From Candidatus Helarchaeota ASGARD archaeon Hel_GB_B (lineage in GTDB: Archaea > Asgardarchaeota > Lokiarchaeia > Helarchaeales > HEL-GB-B), in contig SUPR01000012.1 of assembly GCA_005191425.1 (NCBI GenBank), positions 1 to 32,000 on the forward strand: a DNA stretch of 32,000 nt, given 5' to 3'. The notes below the pieces were generated by a model, which did not search any database, was not told where the DNA came from, and was given only the letters and a program-made list of their open reading frames with translations. The translations under genes and the position numbers were made by a program. Positions 28,742 to 32,000 of the stretch are shown piece by piece; position 1 is the first letter of the stretch; each line of letters starts with the position of its first letter.

Positions 28742-29758
28742 GTGGATTTATCAGTAGTTGAAATTTTTTTATTTTTGATAACAGTTGGTATACTTTTAGG
28801 ATTAGCATCAGGGTTTGTAGGAGCATCAGCTGTATCTTTGGTAGTACCAATTTTATTTGTGTTCTTTAAATTAGATATATTAGTCTGTTTATGTACTAGT
28901 TTATTAGTTGATATAATAACTGCTTCAGTTGTCGCAGTGTTGTATTGGAAAAAAGGTAATACTGATCTGAAAATGGGCCTGATTTTTGGAATTTTATCTT
29001 TCAGTTTTGCTATTATAGGATCTTTAATAGCATTTTTATTAGCTTCATTTTCTGAACATATTTTATCCGGACTATTTGGATGGGCTCAAATCGGAGTGGG
29101 TATAATGATGATAAAAAGAGGTATTACTCCTATATTAAAAAATAAACGAGATAATAGAAATAATTCAAATACAATAGAGATTGGAGAATTAATTTTAGAT
29201 AAAAAAAGACCACAAAATTTAGAAAATAGTGACAGCAATAATAATTTTGTAGGATCAGAAGCGACTCAAATAGAAGTTAATGAGAAAGTTAACGGGCCGA
29301 CTAACGGGAACAAAATAATTAACAACAATATGAATGAGCAAAAAGGAATTACAAAATATTTAGATATGATACCTCATAAATGGAGGCGCGTAATTATGTT
29401 AATTATTGGAATTTTTATTGGATTAAATGCAGGGTTATTTGGTGCAGGTGGAGGGTTTATGGTAATGATACTATTAATATTTTTACTCAATTATCCTACA
29501 TTAAAAGCAGTAGGTACTGCTACTTTTATTATGATTTTAACTGCATTAGGTGCATTTATTTCGTATTATGTAAGATTTGGGTTTATTGGCGAATTTGTAA
29601 TTCAATATAATATTTTGTTTTTTGCATTAATAATTGGAGTTAGCGCAATTGGCGGTGCATTTTTAGGGACATATTCAGCCCACAAACTATCTGAAAATTA
29701 TTTAAAAATTGTAATAGGCGTAATAATTATTATATTTGGTATAATAATGCTGATTTAA
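28742..29758 (+). CDS. Sulfite exporter TauE/SafE (TSUP) family protein
   Basis: Duplicated GLASGFVGASA / GLNAGLFGAGGGF motifs and AVGTA; 8-9 TM helices with a long polar central loop. Confidence 0.88.
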   Translation: MDLSVVEIFLFLITVGILLGLASGFVGASAVSLVVPILFVFFKLDILVCLCTSLLVDIITASVVAVLYWKKGNTDLKMGLIFGILSFSFAIIGSLIAFLLASFSEHILSGLFGWAQIGVGIMMIKRGITPILKNKRDNRNNSNTIEIGELILDKKRPQNLENSDSNNNFVGSEATQIEVNEKVNGPTNGNKIINNNMNEQKGITKYLDMIPHKWRRVIMLIIGIFIGLNAGLFGAGGGFMVMILLIFLLNYPTLKAVGTATFIMILTALGAFISYYVRFGFIGEFVIQYNILFFALIIGVSAIGGAFLGTYSAHKLSENYLKIVIGVIIIIFGIIMLI

Positions 29759-29914
29759 ACTCTTAACAAATTATTTTAACGAATATAAATTATTATCAAG
29801 TCTTTTAATTTTGATTTGATATCTTAATATAAAAAATTTGATTATATATGTAATTTAAATTTGGAATTAACATCTTCATTTTATTTAGAGTAAATTTAAT
29901 AATAAAAAGATCAT

Positions 29915-31084
29915 TTAGTGTAATGGACTAATTTTTCTTAAATTGGATACAATATCTTTTAATTTGTTTAAGAAATAATCAGCTTCTTTAAATGTATTCC
30001 TTCTACTCAAGCTTATACGAATTGTCCCTTGTAAGCCTTCATCAGATGTTAGTCCGATTGCTTCTAATACATGTGATGGCTTGTTACTTTTGGATGAGCA
30101 TGCTGATCCTGTTGATACAGCAATACCTTCGTCGCTCAATTTTAATAGTATCGATTCACCTTCTATGTATTTCATTGCAATATTAACATTATTACATAAT
30201 CGTTTATCTCCTTTTGTATTAATGTCTGGCCCATTTAACCGGGTATGGGGTATTTCATCGAGAGTTGTTTTTATGATGTAATCCCTTATTTTTTGCATAT
30301 ATTTTACATGTTCTGGTCTTGCTATTTCAACTGCTTTAGCAAACCCAACTATACCAGGTATATTCTCAGTTCCAGCCCTTAAATTAAATTCATGCGCCCC
30401 ACCGTCTATTAATTTCTTTATTTTATTTTGTAAATCTTCTCTAATGTACAATGCACCAATACCTTTTGGGCCATGAATTTTATGGGCAGTTATAGAGACT
30501 AGGTCAAGATTATATTTTTTTACATCTAAAGGAACTTTTGTAAATGCTTGAACTGCATCTGAATGAAATAAAATATCATGTTCTTTACAAATTTTTCCAA
30601 TTTTTTCCAAATCTTGAATTGTACCTATTTCATTATTCGCATGCATTATAGAACATAATATAGTCCTTTTTGTAATCGAGTTTTCAAGCTGCTCAAAATC
30701 AATAAAACCTTCTTTATCAACATCTAAATAAGTCACTTTAAAGCCCATATCTTCCAAACTTTTTGTGGAATTTAAAATAGCAGGATGTTCAATTTTTGAT
30801 GTTATAATATGGTCTCTTTCTTTATCTTTAAAAAAATATGCTATGCCTTTTAAAGCAAAATTGTTACTTTCGGTACCACCTGAGGTAAAAATTAATTCTT
30901 CATCTTTTGCATTAATTTTTTTTGCTATTAGTACCCTACTTTTTTCAAGAGCTTCATGAGCCTCTTGTCCAAAAAAATGTAAACTAGAGGCATTTCCAAA
31001 ATATTTGTTAAAATATGGTATCATAGCAGATATTACTTCTTCGTCAACTTGCGTAGTCGCAGAATTGTCAAAATAGACCTTCAT
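29915..31084 (-). CDS. iscS: Cysteine desulfurase (IscS/NifS, group I)
   Basis: YFDNSATT, FTSGGTESNN, HSDAVQ, PLP-Lys in TAHKIHGPKG, RAGTEN, catalytic STGSACSS. Confidence 0.96.
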   Translation of the reverse strand: MKVYFDNSATTQVDEEVISAMIPYFNKYFGNASSLHFFGQEAHEALEKSRVLIAKKINAKDEELIFTSGGTESNNFALKGIAYFFKDKERDHIITSKIEHPAILNSTKSLEDMGFKVTYLDVDKEGFIDFEQLENSITKRTILCSIMHANNEIGTIQDLEKIGKICKEHDILFHSDAVQAFTKVPLDVKKYNLDLVSITAHKIHGPKGIGALYIREDLQNKIKKLIDGGAHEFNLRAGTENIPGIVGFAKAVEIARPEHVKYMQKIRDYIIKTTLDEIPHTRLNGPDINTKGDKRLCNNVNIAMKYIEGESILLKLSDEGIAVSTGSACSSKSNKPSHVLEAIGLTSDEGLQGTIRISLSRRNTFKEADYFLNKLKDIVSNLRKISPLH

Positions 31085-31453
31085 CTTTTTTAAACCTCAA
31101 AAAATTTTTTCTAATAATTTCTCATCAAGAAAAATCAAAAGCTCATATGTCTATAATAATGGTCTTTTAATAATATCAATATATAATTTATTAAATAAAT
31201 TTATTTTTATGACAAAATCTTCCCATATTTGAAATTATAGTGTTAATATAAAAATTGCATTAAAAAGTTAATGATTCTTATAAATACAAGAAAATTAAAA
31301 AATTATTGAAATAAAAAACTGAAAATATTCTTATATTTTTATTCATCTACTAAATTAAACGATTTTTTATTTATTGGTTTATATTTTTACAATCTAATAA
31401 TTCTTAAATCTTTAAAAAAATATGGTGATTTAAAATTAAAAAGGTGAATTTTA

Positions 31454-31834
31454 ATGCAATATAATGAGAAAATTTTAGACCATTTCAGAAACCCGAGAAA
31501 TATCGGAGAAATTGAAGATGCAGATGTTGTAGGTGAGATGGGAAACCCTGAAGATGGTGATTTGGTTTATATTTATTTGAAAATCAATAAAGATAAAGAC
31601 ATAATAGAAGAAATATCATTTCAGACTTTTGGATGTGGAGCTGCAATTGCGACAAGCTCAATGGTGACAGTAATGGCTAAAGGAAAAACTTTAGATGAGG
31701 CTTTAAAGATTACAAAACAAGATGTAGCAAAAGAATTAGGGGGGCTATCTCCACAAAAAATGCATTGCTCCAATTTAGCATCAGATGCATTACATATAGC
31801 TATTAAAAAATATCGTAAAATGCAAGAAAAGTAA
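31454..31834 (+). CDS. iscU: Fe-S cluster scaffold IscU/NifU-N (first conserved Cys replaced by Asp)
   Basis: YNEKILDHFRNPRNIG, GNPEDGD, FQTFGCGAAIATSS, KMHCSNLA. GGTGA SD. Confidence 0.93.
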   Translation: MQYNEKILDHFRNPRNIGEIEDADVVGEMGNPEDGDLVYIYLKINKDKDIIEEISFQTFGCGAAIATSSMVTVMAKGKTLDEALKITKQDVAKELGGLSPQKMHCSNLASDALHIAIKKYRKMQEK

Positions 31835-32000
31835 ATTATACAGTAAATAATTTTTATTTATTAAAGGAATTATATGATTTCTTTAAAATTATTTAAGTTT
31901 ACCTCTATTTCTTTTAGTATTTAAAAAAGTTTTAATAAATGCATTTAATTTCCGAAATTTTTCTAAATTGAATTATAAAAACTCTTTTAATAAAATAAAG

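Noticed and set aside
135-30959. Short antisense or alternative-frame ORFs in the track (e.g. 135..458, 1555..1818, 6270..6716, 7137..7406, 20729..20989, 25845..26108, 26568..26837, 29992..30186)
   Set aside because: They overlap well-supported genes and show no motifs; they are shadows of AT-rich codon usage.
31873-31923. Short ORF after an AAGGA SD-like sequence near the window end
   Set aside because: Only about 16 codons with no recognisable motif; it cannot be told from chance.
1-32000. CRISPR array, tRNA/rRNA, transposase or integrase
   Set aside because: I saw no regularly spaced direct repeats, no GC-rich structured RNA island and no DDE/tyrosine-recombinase motifs.

Overview
Very AT-rich archaeal window, most likely from an Asgard archaeon (Loki/Hel-like). 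This is inferred from a longin-like domain, a type II Met-aminopeptidase, HdrBC, GGTGA/GAGG ribosome-binding sites and TATA boxes; no marker gene is present. It carries an acyl-CoA dehydrogenase, EtfBA, HdrBC, a 7TM-PAS histidine kinase, flavodoxin, a nucleoside hydrolase, map, a feoB operon with a DtxR-type operator, OsmC, TauE/SafE and divergent iscS/iscU. Two signals stand out. (1) An uncharacterised three-gene operon at 5966-9857 encodes a multi-winged-helix protein, a P-loop ATPase with REase-like and Rho-N-like tails, and a longin-like protein with two SCP2-like domains. (2) Four minus-strand genes hidden or cut short in the ORF track are interrupted by in-frame stops that are only TAG or TGA (7 firm, 1 conditional, no TAA). 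Two of these stops sit at Trp positions defined by internal repeats, although normal terminal stops here are mostly TAA. This may be ordinary decay or sequencing error, or Trp-restoring readthrough or editing. All domain calls come from reading motifs by eye; no searches were run. No rRNA, tRNA, CRISPR array or transposase was recognised.
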